A stretch of 63,240 bases of DNA, the filler included, from Octopus bimaculoides (Eukaryota), in NCBI RefSeq assembly GCF_001194135.2. It is 4 parts of 4 records of this genome, joined end to end, with 100 filler letters (N's around TTAATTAATTAA, not from the genome) between each part and the next. Parts side by side here need not be neighbours in the genome. Positions count along the whole stretch, not along the records: positions 1 to 5,591 come from NC_068981.1; positions 5,692 to 33,817 come from NC_069009.1; 2 more parts are not named here. One strand, 5' to 3'. The stretch's first letter is position 1, and every line of letters begins with the position of its first letter. A program made the translations under genes and the position numbers. Below, one piece after another: positions 1 to 11,649 of the stretch. The notes under the pieces are model-generated. The model ran no database searches and had not been told where the DNA came from. It saw only the letters and a program-made list of their open reading frames with translations.

Positions 1-348
1 GTCTTCTCTTGGAAGAGCCCTGCTTCTCACATGGACAACTGTATGTTGGCTGCTCAAGAGTGGGCAGCAACAAAAAACCTATTTGTATATGCTCCACAAG
101 GGAAAACAAGGAACATAGTTTACAATGAGGTGTTATAATCACAACAGCAAGAAAGTATGTACATGATCACCTTCTTTTACGAAACTTCATTGACTTTCAT
201 ATAGTTATATTGATATACATATATATACGTGTGTTTGGGTGCGTGTGTGTATATACATCTCTATATATAAAGATGATGCGTAGTCTAGACGGCGTTTTTA
301 GATTTCATTATTCTCTTTAACCCGGGCAACGCCGGGTATTTCTGCTAG
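1..348 (+). mobile_element. Helitron 3' end: RepHel (PIF1-type helicase) C-terminus with one frameshift, terminal hairpin and CTAG
   Basis: Translates as LLLEEPCFSHGQLYVGCSRVGS..NLFVYAPQGKTRNIVYNEVL* (stop 136-138), the typical Helitron helicase tail. Hairpin ACCCGG-gcaacg-CCGGGT at 320-337; CTAG at 345-348 followed by T. Confidence 0.9.
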
Positions 349-434
349 TATATATATACATATATGTATGAATGTATATGAATATTCTTCTATGTACGTA
401 GGCATATACGCACACGCAAGCAGACAGACACAAA

Positions 435-454
435 TACACACACACACACACACA

Positions 455-540
<86 letters not shown>
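435..540. repeat. (CA)n microsatellite, one of many CA/TA/TATG/ATT/CAT/CTT tracts in the window
   Basis: Direct inspection. These tracts account for most low-complexity ORFs in the supplied track. Confidence 0.95.
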
Positions 541-541
<1 letters not shown>

Positions 542-1832
542 CGTCGTTAGTGGAGTATCCAACGTTTCTTACCGGAACCTTCTACACAACAAATATGACA
601 GAAGAAAAAAAAATACAGCAGAGTTTTCCAGCTTCTGTAATTGAATAAATGCTTCATGTGATGGGGAACGCAACTTAACATATGAAAACCGAATGTTGTA
701 GGTGAGAGAAACTTGGAATGTATGTGAATATGTAAGTGCCTAGGTATATGTGTATTATGTACGTATGGGCACATGCTCGCTTGTATGTATGTATGTATGT
801 TTGTATGTATGTATGTATGTATGTATGTGTTTATGTATGTATGTATGTATATATATATATATCTTTATTGAATTTTATTTCAAGATATTTTGCTAATAGA
901 GAAAGAGCCGGTTTCTAAGCTAGACACAAGGCTCCTTCATTGAAATTTCAATAACACAACACAGTATTTTTGTATGTATGTGCGTACATGTGCAGTATTC
1001 TGAGATAGTGCAGATTTTTATGCTTTGTTTTAACCATATATTCGCACGCATATAGTTACATGTCTAGACCTGCGCATATATACTTAAATAATAAACTTCT
1101 GCACAGTTTTACAAATTTTTAGTTTCAGTCATTGCTTGTATCTGTAGTCTTTGAATCGGCTTTCTACTTTCGGTTTTTGAAGAGCCTAACTTCTCAAGAT
1201 TGGTACGTAGACAGTGCTACATGTCCCAGTACCCCAATAATTACATGTGTAAACGTGAACTTATAATCTGGGTAAAGTGATAGTAGATTTCACAACAGTT
1301 CAGCGTAGTTTCTACTTCTGTACACATGTATATCTCTTCGATTTTTTAATTAGTATATATCTTCCACTGAAGAGAGAGTCGGTTTCCAACGAAGATAAGA
1401 GGCTCCATCTTTGAGATGTAGTTAACATAGGCAAATTCACATTTGGAACTTGAGAAAAGTTTTGCATATTATTACTGTTCCACTCACAGGAATTAGCCGG
1501 TCGATTTCTTTTGTATGTATGTATGTATGTATGTATGTATGTATGTATGTATGTATGTATGTATGCATGAATGTATGCCTATGTGCGTGTGTGATTCACT
1601 ATGATGTTTTCCCGAAGCCCAGCGGTAGATGTTCAAAGTGCATATTAAGCCACAGAAACAACGGATCCTCAGGGAACATTTTATTGTGTCGGATTCTTAT
1701 CCGCAGAGAATTCGTGGTGGTTGAGCATCTATCACCGAACTCCAAACAGTCATAATGGTAGAACGCGTGGAGAAATTTTAAGATAAACCTGTGTATTCTT
1801 ATTTTCCTTACACACACGTGTATGCATATACG

Positions 1833-1871
<39 letters not shown>

Positions 1872-1993
1872 NNNNNNNNNNNNNNNNNNNNNNNNNNNNN
1901 NNNNNNNNNNNNNNNNNNNNNNNNNNNNNNNNNNNNNNNNNNNNNNNNNNNNNNNNNNNNNNNNNNNNNNNNNNNNNNNNNNNNNNNNNNNNN

Positions 1994-2080
<87 letters not shown>

Positions 2081-2439
2081 GTGTATGTGTGTGTTTGTGT
2101 GTGTTTGTGTGTTCATTTTTGATGAGCAGAGTTTCGTATCTGACTGAAATCTAGATATGACTCAGTAAACTCAAACTCAGAGCTGCGACTTAGGGAGATT
2201 TTCTTGCGATTAACTTAAACAGAACTTTCCATTAGATATATTTCTAGATTCTCTTGTCGATACAATGTAAATCACCCATTACGTATTTAGAAGCTTTTCT
2301 AAATACAGATATGTTTCGGCTCTATAATATATATTGAGCCTTGAAGCATTTAAGATATTTAACTTGCTAGGTCTGTTATGTGAAGTTAATTCGTCCGTCG
2401 TTGTCGACGATGACGAAGAGAATCACATAGGAGAAGGAG

Positions 2440-3085
2440 ACGTGGCACGGCGTGTCCGGTTGTGGCCAATCGCTCTGATGCATGCTCGGAAGACTGCCGT
2501 AGCTTGAGCACCAATGGTCTGTTGGGACTAAAGGCAATGTGTTGTCTTGGACTTGCCTAGTTCACGTTTCCTACTGCCTTTGCAATCCTGTTCCGTAGGT
2601 AGAATGTGGCACCACAGTTGGTTCACTTTCTTCAGGCAGAGCAGTGTTTTACTTGCATCTCCAAAGTATCGGCTTTGGTCTCAAAATTCTTAATGAGATT
2701 TTGAGTGTGTCCTTGAAGCTCTTTTTCTGTTTACTGTGCGTGCGAGTCAAGTGGCAGGCTTGGAAAATCACGTGTCAAGCTTTCGAAGAAGGTGCTCTAC
2801 CAGACCGACTTGCACTCTTCTCAGCATTGTGTAAATGCTTGACAGATCAGCTCGAGACAAGACCTTATGTCTAGGACCTTGTATTGCTAGGTGATTTTCA
2901 ATAGCTTTCTCAAGCAGATCATGTGGAAGCGGCTCAGCTTTTTGCGTGGTGTTTGTAGACTATCCAAGTCTTGCAGGCGTACAGTAGCATTAAGCAGTAC
3001 AACTGCATGGTACACCTTCAACTTGGGGACTAGCCCAATTCCACTCCTCTCCCACACTGATCCACGTAGCTGCACGAGCTTCCCC
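2440..3085 (-). mobile_element. RTE-clade LINE 3' fragment, decayed
   Basis: Minus strand LRGSVWERSGIGLVPKLKVYHAVV...FHMICLRKLLKIT matches the RTE/BovB-type RT C-terminal region; stops and frameshifts present. Confidence 0.8.
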
Positions 3086-4844
3086 CTAGCGATACTTTTG
3101 TTATATACACGCACATAAAATTTTGTACAAATATATATATATATATACATACATTCTAGCATTTATATATATACATACATATATCTATCATTCTTTAACA
3201 AGAATAATATTGACGGTGACTAGGAAGTTCAGGCTTCAACAAACAAGCTGAATCATTGAAGTCATTATCAACACTATTTTTGATAAAGAATTATAAAGAG
3301 TTAGTCTACAAAAAGGTTTGAGTGATGCTTCAATTTAAGGTAAAATTGCATTTAAGTAAATATGTCTTGATCTAGCAGAACCTTAATGAAATGCATAACA
3401 TTCGTACACTTCCGTCCTTCGTTTTAGAGCAAACTGTATCAAAGATTACATAATTCAATGTATCCTTTATTCATTAAAGATGGTAGAGTGTTATTTAGAG
3501 TGGTATTTGGCTACTATTCCTAACAGATCAAGTAAATTGATATATGCTTTTCCGGTTGGATTTGGGTGTATGTAGAAATAATTCATGTTATATTAGAAGT
3601 TGCAGATCTCACTGTGTTGTCTCATGCAAACATGTTTAAATACATGGGAAACGACAGCAGATGTTGGTGTAATATAACAATATAAAAAGAACATGAAATG
3701 GATAGTGTGTGTACCCCGTTGTACATAACTAACTAATACAGATATAATTAAAAACATGCAATATCAGTGTCGGTTTACAAATCATAATTACATATGTAAT
3801 GAGAGGAAAGAAAACGAAAAGTATGTTTGACACTGGTATATATTTACCAATTTACACTTCTCGACGAAATACTAGAAGCTGTGCCAATTAGTAATTGGAA
3901 TCATCAGACTCGAAAATAAAAAGTTGAGACGCTAGAATGAGACGCGAACAGTTGATAATCTAACAGACAATCTCAGATAAAAGTAAATTTACCATGAGTT
4001 AATTACCGACAACGTGATGTAGCTAAATAAATGAAATGATAATCTATTAACAAATTAACTCGCAATTAATATTTCAGATATGTTATGGAGTTCATAAGAA
4101 TTGTTCGTACATGCATATGGATCTTTTAAAATTAATATTTGATTTAAAAGTGACTGTCGTTAAAGAATTGTATGTTGTGGAATTATTATCATTGTTTCTC
4201 ATTAATGTGTGTGTGTGTGCGTGCATGCATGTGTGCATGCGTGCGTGTATGTCTGTATATATAAGTATATAAGTACCAATTTATTTCACTAGGAGTTGTT
4301 GTATACACTACAAAGTGATGCCATTGAGCTACACCTTATATATTTCAGTAGAGACGAGACTGGTTTCAGATGTGACGAGCTTAGGAATAGTTAACATACA
4401 TTGCGTATGGCAGCCATTTAAGTAGGTGTAACTAATATAACATAAATAAAAGAAATTTAATACAAAAAGACACAAGGGCCTGCAAGATATGGAAAAATTA
4501 AAAACGAATAAAATTGAAATTATAAGTAAAATCTTAAACTGAATAGGCATGATCTATGAAAAGCGCAACGCACCCTTGTACTAATGATGCATTTAAAATT
4601 TATTGCATTCAAAATATAATATTCGAAATCTAAAACATCGGCATAAACAAATGCATAAACGTGATTCTGCGTGAACAAATAGTCTACTATCAGCATTGAT
4701 ATAAGTCATAAATAAGAAATTCAATAAGTAACAAGTTAAGAAAAGATTAAGACAAATCGTAAACTGAAAGTGTTTCCTTACAACCACTTCAATGTTAAAT
4801 GATAATTATAAATTTATAAATAATCTATTGAATCAGTTTATGCA

Positions 4845-5170
4845 GAGAAACCACAGGAGCGTCATAGGGCAAATGCTACAAGACATTCTGACTTGGAGGC
4901 CCGCCGTGATCAACCTTGCAATAAAAGATTTTTGCGGTTAATATATAAACTACCAATGAAATACAAGGTCGATCCTTTCTTCACCATTACATCTGTATGT
5001 AATGAGTGGTACTTCCTTTACTTTCTTACATACTCGTGCATATATTTATGTGACACAACAGGAAATTCACCATTACACGTTTCAGTTGATAATAAGAGAT
5101 AAAAAGATTTACATATTAGATAGATATGTAAGGAATTTCTTATTAGAAATTCTTCAGACAGAGTAATTAA
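4845..5170 (+). pseudogene. Possible ankyrin-repeat exon relic
   Basis: After ACAACAG the frame reads GNSPLHVSVDNKR* (ankyrin G-x-T/S-P-L-H-like). Upstream frame reads ..ILTWRPAVINLAIKDFC. In-frame stops follow. Weak. Confidence 0.2.
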
Positions 5171-5553
5171 ATAATATCTTTATATGCATGAATGTATTGT
5201 TTAATTTCTCCCTGAAGAATTCCTAAAAGAAATTCCTTACATGACCGTCTAAAATGTAAAACTTCGTAATTCCTTTTAGCAAATGAAACACGTGTAAGGA
5301 TGAATAAATAATATCTACAAATTTCCACTTTCCTGGCTTGTGATACAATAACTCTGCAACTAATATTTCAGTAATTCTCTATTTTAACATGTATTTTATT
5401 TTTTTACTCTCGAACAGCAGGAATTGAGACAATATATTGGATTGAAAACATGCAATAAGCAAATGCGCTTCAAGCGGAAACACCTGAGATTTACCCTAAC
5501 TACCTACACAACATACCCACACATACAATCATTCGTATATACATACATACGTA

Positions 5554-5591
<38 letters not shown>

Positions 5592-5691
5592 NNNNNNNNN
5601 NNNNNNNNNNNNNNNNNNNNNNNNNNNNNNNNNNNTTAATTAATTAANNNNNNNNNNNNNNNNNNNNNNNNNNNNNNNNNNNNNNNNNNNN
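5592..5691. other. Assembly join marker (44N-TTAATTAATTAA-44N)
   Basis: Exactly 100 bp; identical blocks at 33818-33917 and 40893-40992. Confidence 0.9.
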
Positions 5692-5732
<41 letters not shown>

Positions 5733-6075
5733 ACACAGTATCTCACAGAAGTATGTACATCCCTAAAACATTTCAGTAAAATTGCCATTACTCTGATAAT
5801 ATCGAAGGAAATCAAACGAGATTTATACTGAATTATATATATTATACATGCAAACATTATACAAATTTGGAACACAGAAAGGCAACGCTGGACACAGGTG
5901 CCATCACGATTTCACTTTGACTTTGACTAAATCCTCCAGCATGACCACAGTCCAGTGATTAATGCAAAAAAAAAAAATACTTATTTCCAAATCCTTTAAT
6001 TTTATTAACGATATTATTTCGATGTTTTTTCAAATATTTTTCCTGTTTGTTATTTTTCTATGTTTTTCTTTGCAG

Positions 6076-6162
6076 TCCATTTCCGATATGTTGTGTTCCG
6101 ACCTTATATGGATGAAATCCTCGTTGGGAAAATCAAAGGCAGCAGTAAAGACGGAGTGCAAG
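6076..6162 (+). CDS. POLR3H: RNA polymerase III subunit RPC8, internal exon A (87 bp)
   Basis: tttctttgcag acceptor, gtaatg donor; (V)[28 protein letters not shown](V), matching RPC8 [30 protein letters not shown] as recalled for human. Confidence 0.95.
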
Positions 6163-6419
6163 GTAATGTCTTGTGTTCTTGCTGGGTTTTGGAATGATTT
6201 AAACCTTTAGTATTCAGATTACTCTCAAATATAATATTTTTTTATTCATATTGTTTTGAATTAATCAGGCATTATCTCATAGCTTTGAGATTTTGATGAT
6301 GTGATTGTTTTCTTTAGAATAACATTATAGGGTAGGTGTGAGAGGCCTGATCTGGCCACTTTGAGCATTTTGGGCCAGAGATAGCTAGTTTAATCCTGAG
6401 ACCTTTGTCATTATGTTGT

Positions 6420-6680
6420 GCTTGAGAAGAAGACCCATCAAGCCGAGCAAAATTGCAGTCGTGGCAGATACTGGTGTCACGCAAATGGCACCTGTACTGG
6501 TGGCACATAAAAGCACCCATTACACCCTCAGAGTGGTTGGCGTTAGGAAGAGCATACAGCTGTAGAAAACCATGCCAAATGAGATTGGAGTCTGGTGCAG
6601 CCTTCCATCTCACCAGCCGTGATCAAACCATCCAACCCATGCCAGCATGAACAACAGATGTTAAATGATAATGGTGATTA
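6420..6680 (+). mobile_element. SINE-like family with GTGGTTGGCGTTAGGAAGGGCATCCAGC core and (GAT)n tail
   Basis: Same core recurs at ~12150-12340 (+), 12365-12790 (-), 15100-15425 (-), 17586-17862 (-) and 22720-22890 (+). Confidence 0.75.
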
Positions 6681-7129
6681 CTGTCAAATGTAATGCTTAT
6701 CTATTTGCATTGTTTTGAATTAATCACACATTACGTCATTGTTTAAGATTTCAATGATGTGATTGTATTACTTTAGAATGGCATTGTAGGATAGGTGTGA
6801 GAGGCCAGATCTGGTTGGTTTGAACATAAAATATTTGATTGAGATATGGCCAGTTTAACCCTTTAAGCATTCAGACTATCCTGTTAAATGTAATGCTTAT
6901 TTATTCAGATTGTTTTCAATTAATCCTGCATTATCTCATAGCTTAGAGACTTCAATGATGTGATTGTATTACTTTAGAATGACATTGTAGGGTAAGTGCA
7001 AGAGGCCAAATCTGATGAGTTTGAGCATAAATAAAACAAATAGAATATTTAGTCCAGATATGGCCAGTTTAACCCTTCAGCATTCAGATTACTCTGTCAA
7101 GTATAATGCTTATTTATTCATTAGTCTTT

Positions 7130-7418
7130 CAATGGTTATATGAGAATGTTCCAGCTTTCTCATCAACCATCCAGGAGTGGAGATTGAGGTTTGCTGACCA
7201 CTGCTGAAGAAGTAAAGAAGAACTTGTGAGTAATGTGTTGCTGTGGACACCAAATCATAGTACAACAGTGGCTGGAAGACCATGGAAGATGTATATACAA
7301 CAGCTTGCAGATGTTGGATGCCAAGATGTAAACCTAAAAACACTAATGGAAAATTGGGAGGGATGGAGAGAGGTAGTCAGGCTGGCCTGGGCAATCGGCC
7401 TGACTGGATGATGGCTCG
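7130..7418 (+). mobile_element. RTE-like LINE 3' fragment inside the MITE array
   Basis: ..LLWTPNH..GRPWKMYIQQLADVGC..LKTLMENWEGWREVV, typical RTE C-terminus. Confidence 0.65.
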
Positions 7419-7749
7419 ATAATATTTATTCACATTGTTTTGAACTAATCATGTTTTATCTCATGGCTTTGAGATTTCGATGATGTGATTGTTTATTTTT
7501 AGAATGACATTTTAGGGAAGGTGTGAGAGGCTGGATCTGGCCAGTTTAATTCTTTAGCATTCAGACTACTCATCACTCTATCAAATGTAATGCATATTTA
7601 TTCACATTGTTTTGTGTTAATCATGCATTATCTTGTAGCTTTGAGATTTTGATAAGGCAACTGTTAATTTTTAGACTGATATTGTAGGGCAAGTATACAG
7701 GCCAGATCTGGCCAGTTTAAATGCTAAAGGATTAAGGAATAGAATTTGA

Positions 7750-8320
7750 ATGTGGTTTAACCCCAGAAGGGTCCTGATCCAGCAGACATGATCATCAAAG
7801 ACGTACCATCCGTGACTATTTTATTTTTTAATTCATTGAGTAGGACTACAGTATGGTATAATATTATTGGTTATGGTAGTTGTTGTTTAGCCCCAGGTCA
7901 GTCCTGATCCAGGAGACTTATGATCAAAGATGTTCCAGCTGTGACCATTCCACTTTTAAGAAAGGGTGGTCACTACTGAAACATTTTGATCTCAGGTCTG
8001 ACCTTGGGTTAAACAACAACTACTATAAGTACTATTACTAACTGCTATATTATACATTAAACAATGCAGTCCTAGATACATTATGCCTAAGTTAATGATA
8101 GGGTGGTCACAGTTGGAACACCTTTGATCATAGGTCTTCTGGATCAGAACTGATCTGGGGCTAAACAGCAGCAACACTAATACTAGCTATTATACTACAC
8201 ATTAGATAATGTAGTCCTTGATACACTATGCTTGAATCAAAGAAAGGATTATCACAGCTCGGACATCTTTGATCACATGTCTACTGGATGAGGATTAACC
8301 TGGGGGTAAACAAAAGCAAA
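7750..8320. repeat. Cluster of ~100 bp dispersed repeat units in both orientations
   Basis: gtcctgatcc..atgatcaaagatgttccagctgtgacc twice on +, reverse complement three times on -; further copies near 42890 and 52040. Confidence 0.7.
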
Positions 8321-8378
8321 TCTTTTCACCATTCCTATCTATCATTCCAGTGGGTCAATCTTCATACTCTCATTTCAG

Positions 8379-8442
8379 TTTCCCTGGGGTTTTTTGATGA
8401 CATCCTGATTCCAAGTGATGCCCTACAGCACCCTTCCAGATT
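8379..8442 (+). CDS. POLR3H: RPC8 internal exon B (64 bp)
   Basis: ctctcatttcag acceptor; (V)SLGFFDDILIPSDALQHPSR(F); phases match both neighbouring exons. Confidence 0.95.
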
Positions 8443-8917
8443 GTATCCTTTCACCGAACTCTAACCACCTTATGACTCTTTACTGTACATAGGACTCCAA
8501 GACTCTTGAACAGGAGGGAGTGAAGAAGTTATCCTGAAACCAGGGGCCTCACCTGAATGTTTGCAATTGTGAACTCCATGAAAAGCAGCCGAGGACTAGT
8601 TTGTGGAGTTAACCCTTTTGTTACCATATTTCTATTGAAGTACATTGCCTTTAACTTTCACTCGTTTCAGTTATTGAACTATGACCATGCTGGAGCACTT
8701 TCTTGAAGAGTTTAGTTGTACAAATCTACATCACTACCTATCTTTAGACCTGGTGTTTAGTCTATCAGTCTCTTGCAAAATTGCCAAATTATGAGGATAT
8801 GAACACACTAACACTAGCTCTTAAGCAGTCGTAGGGGGGGGGAGACATACACACACGCATGCATGCATACACACACACACACACACACACGCATGCATGC
8901 ATACACGCGCACACACA

Positions 8918-9741
8918 CACGAGGAGGCTACCCAAAAGAAACCAGAATTTTGCAGTATCATTTTATTCACTTAGTTTTACATGTTTACACGTTTATTGCT
9001 TTCAAAAGATTCTCCATTCGAAGCAATGCATTGGTCCAGACTCATTTTCAACTGTTCAAAGCAAAGTGATGCTTTTAATGTCTCCATACTTTTTTTTCTT
9101 AACCTCTTCCACTTTTGCAAATTCCGTAGAACCAGCTTTCATCAGCAGTGATGACCTTTGGGAAAAAGGTCCAGATCAATTTCCAACTGTGCTTCTTTGC
9201 TGCAACTCCTTTTGCAATTCCTTGCTCAAAATTTGCTGGAAGGAACTCCAGGACACACCAATCATATCAACAAGTTCGTCAGTTGTTCGGTGAAGGTCCT
9301 CCAAGATAGGGTTCATGAATTTTCATGTTTTCATCCATTTCATAGGTCAACGGTCAGCCTGAATGATGTTGGTCTTTAAGTGACAAGTGACCGTTCCTAA
9401 AGTGTGGAAGCCACTCATAAACTTGTGTTTTGCTCACGGCAGCATCCTTGCAAGCTGTTAGAATCAAGACAACTGTTGTGGCTGCTGTTTTCCCCAGTAG
9501 AAAACAGAATTTCACAGAAGCCTGCTGTTCATTCATTTCAGCCATAGCAAAAATCGATGAAGAGGGGAGAAGCACTGCAAAACAAAGACACACCATATGG
9601 TGGTATGGCTCCACCCAACAATGCCGGTTGTCAGGCTGATGCCTGAAGTTCACATCAAGTGGCTTCTAGCAGTGGAAGCCTGAACTATAACAGCTTGTCC
9701 AACAGAGAATGTTTCTGGTTACCTTTGGGTGCCCCCTTGTA
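8918..9741 (-). mobile_element. Internally deleted mariner transposon with both TIRs
   Basis: Inverted termini (CGAGGAGGCTACCCAAAAGAAACCAG / CTGGTTACCTTTGGGTGCCCCCTTGTA); minus strand EQQASVKFCFLLGKTAA..KTQVYEW..SLKDQHHSG and an ITADESWFY-like motif. Confidence 0.85.
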
Positions 9742-10145
9742 TATATATATATATATATACACAATGGGCTGCTTTCAGTTTCTGTCACCTAAATCCACTC
9801 ACAAGGGTCTGGTCAGCATGCAGTTATAGTAGAAAACACTTGTTCACGATGCAAGGTGCCATGCAGGGGGACTGAACCTAAGGTTACATGACTGGCTGGC
9901 ATGTCTTCTACTATAGCCCTAGGCTAACCAAATTCTTGTGAGTAGATTTGGTTGATGGAAACTTAAAGAAGCCTGTCTGTGTGTTCGTCCTTTATTGCTT
10001 GATAGCTAGTGCTGGCTTGCTTACATCCCCATAACTTAGTGGTTCAGCAAAAGAGACCAATAGAGTAAGTACTGGGATCAGTTTGATTGACTAAGCACTG
10101 CTATGCAGTGCCCCAGTATAGCCACCGTCCAGTGACTGAAACAAA
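9742..10145. mobile_element. Two partial copies (opposite orientations) of the abundant tRNA-derived SINE with GGCACCTTGGGCAAGTGTC core
   Basis: Same family recurs at ~11345-11530, 14515-14690, 21000-21265, 28316-28545, 39210-39370, 42480-42840 and 59385-59490. Confidence 0.75.
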
Positions 10146-10158
10146 AAATATATGTGTG

Positions 10159-10239
<81 letters not shown>

Positions 10240-10429
10240 GAGTGAATTTTCCTTTGCTTACAGTTAACACGGAAAATTCAATAAACAGTTACCAGGGTAG
10301 CAAAATTCATGCAAGTAACAAGGATGTAGCAACCTGTTCAAAGGCAGAAACTCTGGGTTAATGTGCAGTAGTTTGTATAGCATAAATAAATAGATGGAGT
10401 TAAATGCAGGTGTTATTCAAATTCTTTTA

Positions 10430-10515
10430 CTTCCGACATATGTTTCGAAGACAGCATTGGTATTATTCCAAAGGAATAAATGGTGTAAAATAATGTAATC
10501 TTCTCATCAGGGAAA
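10430..10515 (-). ncRNA. Type I hammerhead ribozyme motif, intact core
   Basis: Minus strand: UUUCC CUGAUGA GAAGA..UCUUC GAAA CAUAUG UC GGAAG. Stem I 5 bp, stem II GAAGA/UCUUC, palindromic stem III ACAUAUGU, GUC triplet. Confidence 0.8.
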
Positions 10516-11135
10516 GAAAGAGAATCAAATTCAACAATAAGACATTTTAACAAACATGATGGCTGTGTAAATGATGAACAGAACGCTATTAAGTATTTTA
10601 AAAAACCGTTAGTAGATATGACATCAAAGGTAGCACATATGAAGAGAAGGGGTGAAGAAATCAATAAGGAGAAATATAGAGTGATATGCGAGTTAAATAA
10701 ATGTTCAAAGGCTAGGAAATAGATATCTCTATTGGAAGTAGAGGTGACAGAAGAACTAAATGCTCACTCTATATAGATTGGTAGAAATTACCTATATGAG
10801 CTAAAGGTGTGTTTCTGCCAATGTTTGCGTCGGTAAGAATGCTCTATGTACGTGTTTACAAGGTGATTCTTAGAAAAGAGAATGTGGAACAGCTCAGAAT
10901 TACAAATGTTACAGAATTTTTTACCTTTGTCATAAGGGAAAGAGATTGACAAGATGAACCAATCTAAATTAAATTTCTTATTATTATCTTTAAGATGCCA
11001 AATCTCTTAATATGCGCTACCTTTGATGTATCTACGAATGGTTTTTTAAAATACTTAATAACATTCTGTTCATCATTTACACAGCCATCATGTTTGTTAA
11101 AATGTCTTATTGTTGAGTTTGATTCTCTCTCTTTC

Positions 11136-11221
11136 TTACCCTGATGAGAAGATTACATTATTTTACACCTTTTATTCCTTTGGAATAATAGCAATGTTGT
11201 CTTCGAAACATATGTCAGAAG
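11136..11221 (+). ncRNA. Hammerhead motif, sense copy with damaged stem I
   Basis: UUACC CUGAUGA GAAGA..UCUUC GAAA CAUAUG UC AGAAG. Core intact but two stem I mismatches, including the pair next to the cleavage site. Confidence 0.6.
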
Positions 11222-11284
11222 TAAAAGAATTTGAATAACACCTGCATTTAACTCCATTTATATATATATATCTATATATATATA

Positions 11285-11319
<35 letters not shown>

Positions 11320-11617
11320 ATATATATATATATATATATATATTATTTGTTTCAGTCGTTTCACTGTAGCCATGCTGGTGCACTGCCTTTAGTTGAACAA
11401 ATTGAATCCAGGACTTATTCTTTGTAATCCTAGTACTTAATCTATCACCCTCTTTTGCCGAACTGCTAAGTTACAGGGAAGTAAACACACCAACATCGAT
11501 TGTCTTGTGATGGTGGGGAGGGACAAGCACACACAAAAATATGCACACACACACGTCTATGTTTGTGTATGTATATGTGTATGTATGTGTATATGTTTAT
11601 ATATGTGTATGCGTGTT

Positions 11618-11649
<32 letters not shown>

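Larger units (their letters stand above)
6204..7732. mobile_element. Tandem array of ~200-220 bp MITE-like units (about 5) with TAACCCTTTAGCATT-like ends
   Basis: Unit cattcagattactct..gtaatgcttatttattcacattgttttgaattaatc..gagaggccagatctggccagtttaa recurs near 6210, 6680, 6860, 7078/7418 and 7550; interrupted by a SINE and an RTE piece. Confidence 0.75.
10391..11260 (-). mobile_element. 5'-truncated Penelope-like element with inverted terminal copy (foldback)
   Basis: Arms 10394-10647 and 11003-11257 are reverse complements. The spacer carries an uninterrupted minus-strand frame 11000-10788, WHLKDNNKKFNLDWFILSISFPYDKGKKFCNICNSELFHILFSKNHLVNTYIEHSYRRKHWQKHTFSSYR*, resembling the Penelope GIY-YIG C-terminal tail. 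Confidence 0.85.

Noticed and set aside
298-2154. Long ORFs such as poly-VC, poly-HT, poly-YI and X-rich ORFs throughout the track
   Set aside because: Translations of microsatellites and N gaps, not genes.
2300-2345. Hammerhead-like GGCUC/GAGCC-GAAAC hairpin on the minus strand
   Set aside because: No CUGANGA and no NUH triplet; at most a dead relic.
5636-5647. TTAATTAATTAA motif (also 33862-33873 and 40937-40948) as a biological element
   Set aside because: Always centred in exactly 44+44 Ns; an assembly marker.
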